Of a DNA stretch of 49,444 nt, positions 23,931 to 34,896 are shown piece after piece. The notes below the pieces were generated by a model that searched no databases, was not told where the DNA came from, and was given only the letters and a program-made list of their open reading frames with translations. Location of the stretch: the NCBI GenBank assembly GCA_003427395.1, contig BFEA01000022.1, positions 3,787,432 through 3,836,875 of the forward strand, given 5' to 3'. The position numbers were made by a program, and so were the translations under genes. Numbering within the stretch: the stretch's first letter is position 1; each line of letters starts with the position of its first letter. This DNA is from Chara braunii (taxonomy: Eukaryota > Plantae > Charophyceae).

Positions 23931-23969
23931 ATAAAAGTTCGACCTCGGGGGTAGATTCATTCGCTTTCG

Positions 23970-24030
23970 GCCGGACTGTCGAGGTTCAACCTCCTGATGA
24001 GTCGGTGCGAGTTCGACGAAACAGTTTGGC
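23970..24030 (+). ncRNA. Type III hammerhead ribozyme; predicted cleavage after C23980
   Basis: GCCGGACU-GUC / GAGG-UUCAA-CCUC (stem I) / CUGAUGA / GUCG-GUGCGAGUU-CGAC (stem II) / GAAAC-AGUUUGGC (stem III, 10 bp with 2 G-U); every core nucleotide is canonical. Confidence 0.93.
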
Positions 24031-24338
24031 ATAGTCACACCCGTTCGTCCGAAACGAACGGGTGCTTAGTGCACCGAGAAAATCACAAAAAAGAAAGAAA
24101 AGAAAAAAATCTAAATAAAATCTAAAAAAAAGAAGAAGACGAAAATCTAAAAAGAATGATAGAATCTAAAACAAAATCTAGAAGGAAAAAGAAAAGAAGA
24201 AAAAAAGTAAAAAAAACGAACTTACCTCGTGGTTGAACAGTCGACCGTATAAACGGGCGCTTGCAGCCTTTCAACGGGACTCTAAGTCCCCGTCAGCTGT
24301 AATCGCGCCACCTGGCGCTATATTTTTATGTTTTTTTT

Positions 24339-24622
24339 CTAGGCTACCAGCCGGGCCGCCCGGGTCACCTTATGTTGCCCGTGCGGATGGGCCCGGCAAA
24401 AAAAAAAAAAAAAAAAAAAATCCTAAAAAATCCAAAAAATCCAAAACAAAACTATCTTATGCAGAAAAATAAATAGAACAACTTTTGCCTGAGGGTCATA
24501 TCGAAATTCGTTACCAATTTAAAAATAAAAATAAAATTTGAAAAACATAATTTTATTTTTATTTATTTTAATCATTTTTGGCCTGGCCGGGCAAGTGGTC
24601 CCGGGCCACTCTGGTAGCCTAG
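24339..24622. repeat. Long imperfect inverted repeat with AT-rich spacer
   Basis: CTAGGCTACCAG/CTGGTAGCCTAG perfect 12 bp, continued by GCCCGGG..TTGCCCG / CGGGCAA..CCCGGGC. Confidence 0.7.
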
Positions 24623-25774
24623 GTTTTTTTTAATATTATTATTTTTTTTTCTTTTTTCGTTGGCTCATACCAACGGCCTGTCACTTCCTCGTGGCTTTTC
24701 AGCCACGAGTTGTAACAACCTGACCCAAGTTCGATCCCTGATGGGATCGACTCCCGATTCATGCGTATCATCCTTACGCAGGGCCATACTGAATTGCGCG
24801 CAGCTGATCCCAGTCGCGCGATCTTGCTTATAGCGCGACGAAAATCGGTCGCGCTTAACTGCTTGGGCTGCTCCAAAAGGAGCTGGCCCAATAGGATGCG
24901 TGTGGTCGGGCTTGATCCCGGTATTAGCTGAGCGAAAGTCTGGCATTGTAACCTACCGGGCTAGCTTCCATCACGACAGTGATAAAAACAACTTTTCTAT
25001 AAGAAGAGCTTGGCCCTGGCTCTGTCCCCCCTGTCGTGGCCTTGCAGGCCCCGCCTGCCTGTGGCCCTGCAGGTATCGCCTCCTTGAGGTTGGCAGGCCT
25101 CACTTGTTGGCCCTGCCCCACCGGTTGCCTGCATAACCACGACTTAAATGGCCACCTAACCGAGTAGGCCCCGATATTGGCCTGTCGACCCCCTGGCTCC
25201 CAGTTAAGTCCTGCGTCCCTGGGAAATAATAAAACTTCCTATTCCTCCAACGTCAAGACCCCATACCCGGCACATTCCTCCTTTTAGCCTACACAGACCC
25301 TGAACTTTAGCGTTTCCATGTCTGCACATTCCTGCGGCCTCGACAAAAACAAAGCATTTCCAGTTATTGCTGCTACTCTCGGACGTCACAGGCGTCCTAA
25401 CTAAAACTCGAAAACTTTTAATCTCTTAGTTACAGGTCTGGTCTGAATAAATTTTTGGCAACATCAGTCTCATCAAGTACCTCCATTCAACGAAAAAGTC
25501 GGACAACGTCTCACATTTAAAATCCCCGGCAAATACCCTTGTCAGGGTATTTGCCCTGACAACGCCTTTTGGCTCACTCACCCTCCATATCCATCTCCTC
25601 CACCTTCGGATGCTTTCCAACCCCAACCCTGATCCAAAGGGTATCAATCAGTCAATCAATCAATCACCCGATATACAATGCCCTTTCTGACAAACCCTTC
25701 GATGACGATAAACACTGATCTCAACGGAGATAAGCACTGATCTCGACGCCGGTAACAGTTGATCAATCACAACC

Positions 25775-26285
25775 GAGAAATTCCCATGATAAATGAAAGT
25801 TGAAAAAACATTCCATACAAAGAAAACCTTCATATTTATAAATTATCATTCCAATGTTCATCCAATTGTAAAATTTACAGTTTTATTTGATAAATTTTCG
25901 TCTAAATATGGGTTTTCCCTCCCAACTACATTTATTTGTTCAAGATGGAATGAAAGTCTAGACGAGTTTATGAAAAATTTTAATTAAACTTTCATTCTAT
26001 TACAACAAATATCTTCTAATTTAGATTAAATTAACTTGTCTATGACTAAAAATCCTTCCTGAGAATGATAGTCTAATTAAAATATTTCATGAACTCATCC
26101 AGACTTTCATTCCATCTCTAACATGCAATTCAAATAAGAAGGGATACCAAATTCTTTGAACGAAAGTTTTCAAGTAAGACCGAGAATTTTAAAATTGGAA
26201 TGACATTTTTAAAGATGGAATGAAAATTTGAAATTTAGAATGTAATTTTACTATAGAATGACTATTTACTTTTGGGAAATTTTTC
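25775..26285. mobile_element. AT-rich foldback (MITE-like)
   Basis: 25942-25997 is the imperfect reverse complement of 26062-26117; symmetry extends outward to GAAATTCCCA / TGGGAAATTTTC. Confidence 0.6.
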
Positions 26286-26291
26286 TGTTTC

Positions 26292-26307
26292 AATCAATAA
26301 ATCAATG

Positions 26308-26344
<37 letters not shown>

Positions 26345-26388
26345 CCGATCGATTAATCGATCAATCAAGCAATCAACCAACCAATCAG
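26292..26388. repeat. (CAAT)n repeat
   Basis: Direct reading. Confidence 0.9.
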
Positions 26389-26967
26389 TTGATTCTATGT
26401 AACACGCCAACGCTCGCTGTCTCTCCTCTCGGTCCCTCCTGTCTATATCCGTCTCAACATCCACCTCCTCAATGGGTCGACACTCGACATCATCCCCTAC
26501 GCACTGCGTGCCCCCTCCAGCCGTACTTTCCATCCCCTGAACTGCCTCCAACAACAAACTGCTTAATACACCCGCGTCGATACCCAATCCTTCCACCATG
26601 ACTAAGTAGCTGATAGGTGAGAGTACGTGATCGCATAGTCGAAACGCCTATCCTCCTTACGCCATCGTTACTGCACTAGCCACAACCATTTCACACAATC
26701 AACTCTCACTCGCTCTCTATCAAATACCATCAAACGATTAATCATAAATATTCAACAAAGATTTCTCATTTTGCCTAGTTCACACATTCCTATACCCGGA
26801 TGTCGTTCTACCAGGGACAACGGCAGACAACCGTTATCCCCTGCAATGGCGCCACCTGTCGAGCGCATCGGTCCGGCACCGCAAGGGGCAGCGCGGGACC
26901 CTCCCGGCCGTATCATGCAGGAGTTGGTTTAAATATTTTCTCGCGAATATACATGGAGCTTTCGCAA

Positions 26968-27281
26968 GCCGCTCCGGCCGAGTGCGTCAACCATACCTTC
27001 CGCGAGCCCCTACGACAGGATATGGCCTACACGAGGCATGACTTACCTCCACCTTACGGGAGCCGTCACCTCCCTTTGGTGGGCGTATCCCCACCGAGCT
27101 ACCAGTCCACAGTACGAAAGTTGATCAGTTGCAATCACAGAGGTGGACCAATCGAATGCGTTTCTCGTTCGCTGTAGCATAGGGGGTACACGCGGTATTA
27201 CGCCTCTATTGGGCCCGCACGCGAACCGACATCTTGGGGGACTGAAGTTCCAAGCGCGACTCGACGTGGGTCGACTAGGAC
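26968..27281. other. Conserved ~300-nt non-coding element, copy 2 (in a probable LTR fragment starting TGTAACACG at 26398)
   Basis: Homologous to 20133-20433. Confidence 0.7.
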
Positions 27282-28567
27282 GTATCCCATTCACCACGCG
27301 TATACCACTCTAAAGAACATAAAAATAAAAACACATCCATATATACAAAACGACAAAGGACAAACAACACGACAACACTCCTAGTCCCTTAGTAGCCATC
27401 CCATAACTTTCCGATGCGGAAATCGGATAGGCGTCGCGCGCGAGTCTTAGTATAAAACCGTGCGGACGCAGGGCTAACTCATATCGATTCGCAATGCAAG
27501 CGTACGCAACCGATCGCAAGGATGGCGTACTATGTATAACCCATACTCATGCGGTCCTCGTCAATCTCGAGGGTCGCATTCGACACTCAAGTGTCAGCCA
27601 ACACGCGCAACCGCCAAGTGCGGTTGAGAACCACACCCTCTTCTGCATCCTGCGGAAAGTGGGTGGTGCACAGGTTCATACTTGTGGTGGCAATCGTCTC
27701 TTATGGCCCTGGAGACCAGCTCCATCATCTAGGACCTGAAAATAAGTCAAGGGGTTTGACTTTGACGGGTGTCACGGACTACAACGTCCAACCATAAAAA
27801 ATCTAAAGAGCAAAGGATACTAGAGGGGTCTCCTTCTTCCCTCAACGCACAATCTATTTAACCCTTACGCGTGGTCAGAGTAGGCCGTGCGAGAACACCT
27901 AAGCCATAAACATATGTATTTACATATATATATATATATATACAGGGTTATAAATATGTGACGATCACTTCTCACAATCACATCAAAGTCTGAATCACCA
28001 AATATACTTGCAATCACATCAAAGATCCCACAAAAAGTCAATGCACTACACGGGGTCAACTTCAACCATTCTCTGCGCTCACACCCATTGCTTTAGCCAT
28101 ACAAACCTCAACCTTAGCGCACCCTCCCAGCAATAAAATACTCAGTATCTTTGTTAAATGGGCATTCAATAAAGTTCGGGTAAAAACACAATGAAATATT
28201 TCAAACCATAGGGTTAAAGCCTTTAGGTTGAGTGACAAGAGTGGATTGGAGTTGAATCGTAAACCGACGAATCGGCAACCGACCTGTTATCAATGATAAC
28301 AGAAGATGATCCTCGTAGGATCGAGCTGAATCTAGCCCAAGTCCTAAATCAATTAATTTAAGAAGACCTGAAACACAAGACAGGTCAATCCTCAAACTAA
28401 AGTCATAAGTGTATGGAGAGTACATCTCCATGACACATCCTCAACCAAGACCCTTCTACAAGTTAAGCCTAGACCTGCCTCTAAGCCAGCCTTCAACGCA
28501 AGGCAGACCTATGGCAACATTTCCCCTATTATAGGTGGATTGTCAGGATTGTCATTTGTGAAAATAT

Positions 28568-29270
28568 GATCTAACTCCTTTAAACTAAGAAAATTTCGGC
28601 AACGCTTCCCGTAGGAAAAATGCATTCTCAGAATTTATAATAACTCAAATATAAAAACAAGACGATCTCTAACTCTGGAAAGTCAAAATTTTATCTAACT
28701 CCCTGAATTAGTAAAAATTTGGGCAGTACTTCCTTTAGAAAGGTAGACTTCCCAGATTTATACTAAGTCGGAAATAAACTCAGAAATAAGACATGAGTTC
28801 AACTAAGACAAAATTTAACTTAAACTCAGAAATAAGACATGAGTTCAACTAAGACAAAATTTAACTAACTCCTTAGATTTGTAGAAATTTCGGCAGCGTT
28901 TCCCGTAGCGAAAGTGTTATTTCAAGATTTATACAAAGTTAAGTTCAGAATGTAAAATGGCTTTGACCTCTCAAGGTCTACTTTTGTCTAACTCCTTGAA
29001 TTAGCAAAAATTTGGGCAACACTCCCTTTAGAAAAAGAGGTATTCCAGATTTTTACTAAGCCAAAACGTCAGAAAAGTTAGACCCTGAAAAAGACAAAGT
29101 CTGACTAACTACTTGATTTTTTAGAAATTTCGGCAGCGCTTCCTCTAGAGAAAGTGGCTTACCAAGATTTATATAAGACCAAGTATAATAAAACATCCCA
29201 GAAAATGCAGAAATTGGTCTAAGAAAAAAACTTAGCTCAGAAAATGCAGGAATTGAAACTAACTCCTATG
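28568..29270. repeat. ~120-bp degenerate tandem repeat (about 5.5 units, A/B alternation) with a perfect 46-bp duplication at 28775-28866
   Basis: Recurring CTAACTCC...AAATTT(C/G)GGCA...AGATTTATA. Confidence 0.8.
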
Positions 29271-29929
29271 GTTCTAGCACGTGGCGGGCATCTAAAGCAA
29301 CTACCTATCAAACTGAAACTCAGACTAAGTAGTAGCCTCACTCAGTCACATGCAGGTCAAACCACAAAAGTAAGTACTCTCACAATCCCAAAGTCAACTT
29401 AGCAAACAATAGTTCATAGTCTTTCAATGCTTTATCCCTTTATACCCAGCTTACATAAGGCGTAAAGTCAGGCAACCCAAACTTATGGGACATGTCTGAC
29501 CCATCCATTGAGTATACACAGAATAGAAGGCACAACTACTTCTCTCTTCTTTGGGCATATGACTAAGTCATTCTAGTCGCCCTGGACTATTTAAATATCC
29601 CAGCTTTATATAATTATATTGACTTAGTCTTATATGGCATCATATGACTGAACCGATCAACTTAGTTCAAGGTCTAGCCTGCCCTTTCTTACCACCAATT
29701 TATTCTTAATTACTACTCTCTTCAATTATGATAAACTATAGCTATGCCACCCAAACTTATGAGACCCTGCCTGACTAGCCTATTCTTAAGTAAAATAGTA
29801 GTAAAGTATACCCAAATTATAGCCTTCGGGTTCCAACATGTGTAAGGCATTGGGCCAGACCACCCAAACTTATGGGACATGTCTGGTCCTCCGCCTGATT
29901 CGTTTCTCTCTGATTCAATTTGTGCGTGG

Positions 29930-30999
29930 CAGCGTTGTCATGCGGGGATCCCCGGGGCCCAAGCCGGGGTAGGGGTTTCAACCTCGGACCCGCCACGGGG
30001 CTACCCGACCCCCGCCCCCGCAAAAACAACCCCGTCCCTGCCCCAACCCNNNNNNNNNNNNNNNNNNNNNNNNNNNNNNNNNNNNNNNNNNNNNNNNNNN
30101 NNNNNNNNNNNNNNNNNNNNNNNNNNNNNNNNNNNNNNNNNNNNNNNNNNNNNNNNNNNNNNNNNNNNNNNNNNNNNNNNNNNNNNNNNNNNNNNNNNNN
30201 NNNNNNNNNNNNNNNNNNNNNNNNNNNNNNNNNNNNNNNNNNNNNNNNNNNNNNNNNNNNNNNNNNNNNNNNNNNNNNNNNNNNNNNNNNNNNNNNNNNN
30301 NNNNNNNNNNNNNNNNNNNNNNNNNNNNNNNNNNNNNNNNNNNNNNNNNNNNNNNNNNNNNNNNNNNNNNNNNNNNNNNNNNNNNNNNNNNNNNNNNNNN
30401 NNNNNNNNNNNNNNNNNNNNNNNNNNNNNNNNNNNNNNNNNNNNNNNNNNNNNNNNNNNNNNNNNNNNNNNNNNNNNNNNNNNNNNNNNNNNNNNNNNNN
30501 NNNNNNNNNNNNNNNNNNNNNNNNNNNNNNNNNNNNNNNNNNNNNNNNNNNNNNNNNNNNNNNNNNNNNNNNNNNNNNNNNNNNNNNNNNNNNNNNNNNN
30601 NNNNNNNNNNNNNNNNNNNNNNNNNNNNNNNNNNNNNNNNNNNNNNNNNNNNNNNNNNNNNNNNNNNNNNNNNNNNNNNNNNNNNNNNNNNNNNNNNNNN
30701 NNNNNNNNNNNNNNNNNNNNNNNNNNNNNNNNNNNNNNNNNNNNNNNNNTGGTGGGTGTGGCCCCGGGGGGGGTCCGGGGTGGGGCATAAAACCCCATTT
30801 TTGGGGTTTAGCCCATGTGGTGCGCGCTTTCGCTGCGCACCCCCCACTAATTTTTTTTTTTTTTTTAATTTTTGAATTTTTTTTGAAATTTTTTTTTTGG
30901 CGGGGGGGTCTGGAGTCGGGGTTGGGGGTGCCCACCCCCGGAACCCCGGAACCCCGGAACCCCGCCGGGGCCCCGGGGACGGGGCTCGACAACCCCCTG
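29930..30999. mobile_element. Non-autonomous hAT-like DNA transposon spanning the assembly gap
   Basis: 8-bp TSD GTGCGTGG (29922-29929, 31000-31007); imperfect CAG..GTTGTC termini; GC-rich CCCCG subterminal repeats. Confidence 0.8.
30050..30749. other. Assembly gap (700 N)
   Basis: N run. Confidence 1.
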
Positions 31000-32284
31000 G
31001 TGCGTGGCATGGAGTCGAAGCCACCCAAACTTATGGAATAGCCTAACTCTCTGCCAAAGTTACTCCCTCAGAATAAAAGCAGGAAGAGGCTGAACAACCT
31101 AAACTTATAGAATGGCTCAGACCTCCTCGTTCAGAACCAAAGAAACGGAGAAAGCCCAAGCAAACAAGGCAACCAAGCCACCCGAACTTACAGAATGTGC
31201 TTGGCTCCTGAAAAGTCAATCACATTTAACCCTCACAAGTCAGAGCAACCAGACCACCTAAACTTATAGAATGGTCTGACTCTCCATGCAATTCCACAGC
31301 ACTGGGTCTCCCCGGCCTCCAGAGCAACCAGACCACCCAAACTTATGGAATGGTCTGATGCTCCAAGCAATCCAAAATAAACATAGCACTGGGTCTCCCC
31401 AAACTTATGGGGACTTCCTAGCCTTAATGACCCAGTCAAACTTTAAAGCAATACTGCCTTTCTCCCAACCTTCCCCCGGATGCAATCCCTTTTTGCAATC
31501 TGCTTTCACGCAATCAACAAAACTGAAACTAAGATTGCACATGCATTTCTTTGCTTAGTCTGATCCATGTCCCGAAAGTCAAACCTAGAGTCGAATACAG
31601 GATACACGGAACATACTCAGCCAACACATAGAAAAAAGTACAGATAGGGGTTATGATTTGGGTTTATAAAGGGGAAGCAATGGTTACCCTATGAGTTCCC
31701 TGCCTCCTGAACTCCTCATAAGTTCCGGCAGAGCTCCCGCAATCGGTGGGGCGAACCTCCCACGGAGGCCTTGGCATGGATTACGGGTTGCAATCCCGCC
31801 TGCCGCCTTCCTCTCAGAACCAATAGACTAGACTTAGAGTAAGAAGGGCAGGAGCAGAATCATTAAGTCTCTCAGATCCAAGAGAGGTACACTCAGACTC
31901 ACGTGAGAGGGCCTTGTTGCCTTGATGCGCCTGAGGGCCCCGCAATAATGGCCAAAGATGCGCCGCGGCCTAGTCAACTGAAGTCAAATCACCAGCGGTT
32001 GCCTCTCCTGCGATCGTCCAAATCGCAGCAGTGATCCTTCTTCAGCGAACCTAGCACTTTCGCAGTTCGCGATCTGACGACTACTTGGTCATAGGTAGAT
32101 CCGCAATCTCACGCCTCACCTCCTATTACCTCTTCAAGTAGGATGAACGGTACACCAGCTACCGGTTAAGTCTAGTCATGCGGCTGGTCTGTTGCTGCTT
32201 TGACCAATAGGAAGAGCGGCGCACTCGTCAACAGTAGCTTCGATTTGCTCCCCTTTCGTCACTTCATTCGACGGGGGTGAACAA

Positions 32285-32448
32285 CGTCTTGGCCAACAGG
32301 TAAGTCTCCAAACTTGCGGCGCACCTGCAACTAACTCGCTCAGTAGTATAGGCAACCCAACGGCCGCGTCTTGGCCAGAAGGTAAGCCTCCAATCCTGCG
32401 GCGCACCTGCAACTAACTCGCTCAGTAGCATAGGCAACCCACCGGCCC
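32285..32448. repeat. 82-bp tandem duplication
   Basis: CGTCTTGGCC...GGCAACCCA.CGGCC at 32285 and 32367. Confidence 0.85.
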
Positions 32449-32901
32449 CACATGTAAGCCTCTTTGCTCGCAACCCGCTTATGAACCTTTGTTTCATCGG
32501 TGGTACAACATGTCGGCCGGTCGGCAAGCACGGAGCCTCAAGAATATTCAACAAGGGCTTTCACAACAGTAAAAACAGCAAACGGTTGTAAAGAAGAATC
32601 ACAACAAGATCTTGTGCAGCATCAAACGTCGTGCCTGCGAACATCAGCCAAGCAAATTACCGCTAAGACCAAGTACGTGCGATCTCATCACCATCCTCAC
32701 GCCCTCTCCTTCGTTACTCTTTTCAGTGGACAGAGTAGCGCCCCTGCTAAGGGTAAGCCCTCAAACTCTGTTGCTGCCTCTTTTTGCTGCTCCACCTGCA
32801 GTTCGAGTGACCCACTTACATTCGCACGAACACAATGGTCTGAACCAGAAGCCTTGCCGACTGAAGGGCCCGGGGTGGCAGTTGAAGTCTTGCCACAGTA
32901 A

Positions 32902-33362
32902 GAGGCTGATCCCTCTATGAACTTTTACCAAAAAGTCGTAAAAGTCCCTTGAAAGTAGGAGAAGTGCCGAACGTTTCGTAGGGAAAAAGTGGGATCCCAT
33001 AGGCCCGGACTTCTTGGCGCTTTCCCGATTGTGTCGCCGAATTTCGATGGCCGTGCACGGGTCCAACGGAGACACCCAGTCTCCCTTTGTGCAAAAGAAA
33101 GACCGCCTTCACAAAACAAAAACAAAAAAACAAAACCCGAAAACTTGCCTAGTTTTTTGGGGAAGGGTAGGGGGTCACGGGCTCCCTACCGTTTCCTACC
33201 AGCTTCGCGCAGCGGGTCAAGGCCGTGGCGACATGCAAATTTCCATAAGTAGAAACAACCATTTTCTGTTGCACTGCTGTCGAACGGGGAAGTTGGGGAA
33301 ACCATTTGGGATCCCTTTTTTTTCCAAAAAGCTCTGCTACTATGTACTGTGGGATCAGGTAC
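32902..33362 (+). mobile_element. Tourist/PIF-Harbinger-like MITE, long copy
   Basis: TAA TSD on both sides; subterminal IR CTGATCCC/GGGATCAG; near-identical inverted copy at 34125-34392. Confidence 0.8.
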
Positions 33363-34124
33363 TAAGGCATACGCTTAGTAATCCAAACTTAGAACTCAAA
33401 CTGCGCCTTATTATGTGTCCGACAGGTCATCATTCCAAGCAGCTCAGTCCTCAGTACCGTACAGATTGACATCGCAGCTCTACTTTTGACCCATCCGCCT
33501 CATCAGTTCCATCTGTCGGTATGCGCCCCTCTCTCAACACGCACCACCAAGCAGGCAAGTTTTCGACTCGCGGTTCGCCTCACTTGACTACTATCGATAG
33601 TATGAGCAAAATCGGAATGAATCTTCCGCTAGAATATGGGCGGATTCATTCCCTTTTTACAACTTCTCTTCCCACCCGCAGTTTAGGACCTCCATACCTC
33701 TATACCCATACTCTAACTCGCGAATCTTGCTCCGTCATCAGATTCGCCCATCCTTAGAACCCCAAGATAACAGTTTACCTCACTCGAATCCATTAAGGAT
33801 CGAGTGAGATTCGTGCTTCCTCGTCCTCACTACTTCTGTCATAGCCATCACTCCGCGCAGCCTATCTCTTCTTCTACCGCCACATCTGTTAACTTAAGCT
33901 CTATTCTCTCTATAGATTCGGGCTCGCCTGCCCTCAAAACCCTCGAAACGGTTCCTCCCTCGCTCGTTTTCATTAGGAAACGAGCAAGATCTTCATTTTT
34001 CCCCTACGTTCCACGAGGCTCCTGCGCACTAACTTTCGTGCTAGCTCTCACCCTAATCACTCTCCCGCCAAACTGACCTCATCATTGGATTCGCCCGGGG
34101 CAAAAACCCCGGGATTGTCTCTTA

Positions 34125-34392
34125 GTACCTGATCCCACATTACATAGTAGCAGAGCTTTTTGGAAAAAAAAAGGATCCCATATGGTTTCCCCAACTTCCC
34201 CGTCCGACGGCAGTGCAACAGAAAATGTTGGACCCGTGCACGGCCATCGAAATTCGGCGATGCAATCGGGAAAGTGCCAAGAAGTCCGGGCCTATGGGAT
34301 CCCACTTTTTCCCTACGAAACGTTCGGCACTTCTCCTACTTTCAAGGGACTTTTACGACTTTTTGGTAAAAGTTCATAGTGGGATCAGCCTC
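34125..34392 (-). mobile_element. Tourist/PIF-Harbinger-like MITE, internally deleted copy
   Basis: TTA TSD on both sides; lacks ~190 bp of the long copy, with CAAC microhomology at the junction. Confidence 0.8.
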
Positions 34393-34881
34393 TTACCTCT
34401 CTCCATTCCACTAAGGATCGACAGAGTTATGTTACTTTCACTGCGCCCGACTCACCACCCCGCCATCTCCAACTTTGCGTTTGCCTGCACCCGGCACACC
34501 CCCTCGTCTCCGTTCATTCCCCAGTTTTTGTCACCCCGCCGGTCTCGTATTCCGTTTAGGATAGAACCGGTCGCAAATCGCATCTGAGTGCACCCGCCTT
34601 GCCTCTGGTCCGCTCCTTCACGCCCGCCGCGCTATTCTCCCTCCCTAGCTCTTTGTGCCTCCTCCCCCACAGTGCTCCGCTCTATCTTCGCAGCTTGCGG
34701 ATCCGCTCCGTCATCGGACGCTGCTCTCGACAGCAGCGGGCCCCGTAGTGGTCAGCGAGCTGGTCTACTGCTCCAGCTATCCTGGGAGGAACCTCGGAGG
34801 GGCCAGCTACTAGCCGGTTCAATTGGTTTCACCCCTATACTGAAGTTCAACAATTGATTTGCATGGGGCGGCTTCGTCACA

Positions 34882-34896
34882 GTCACCCCCCCCTCC
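34882..34896 (-). promoter_or_regulatory. Polypurine tract (plus-strand primer) abutting the LTR
   Basis: GGGAGGGGGGGTGAC|TGTGACG on the - strand. Confidence 0.7.

Larger units (their letters stand above)
20031..25390. mobile_element. Non-coding LTR-like element carrying a hammerhead ribozyme (boundaries tentative; alternative right end 25561)
   Basis: TGTCACG...CGTCACA (or ...CCCTGACA) termini; TATA-like motifs; shared terminal element with 26968-27281; no convincing TSD (GGCCA vs GGCGT). Confidence 0.45.
29470..31415. repeat. Dispersed array of CACCCAAACTTATGG motif (about 10 copies)
   Basis: Copies near 29476, 29749, 29812, 29860, 31021, 31098, 31179, 31254, 31333 and 31398. Confidence 0.75.
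27957..34881 (-). mobile_element. Very long LTR (3' LTR of a minus-strand LTR retrotransposon) with nested insertions
   Basis: Perfect 8-bp terminal IR TGTGACGA...TCGTCACA; immediately preceded on the - strand by polypurine tract GGGAGGGGGGGTGAC (34882-34896). Confidence 0.7.

Noticed and set aside
28568-29270. CRISPR-like array
   Set aside because: Whole units are degenerate homologues; no unique spacers, no cas genes, eukaryotic context.
29817-31041. Long ORFs of 265-403 aa
   Set aside because: Artefacts of translating the 700-N gap.
33461-33520. Minus-strand CUGAUGA as a second hammerhead
   Set aside because: No GAAA after stem II and no stem III; CTGATGA at ~35940 and CTGACGA at ~32074 fail similarly.
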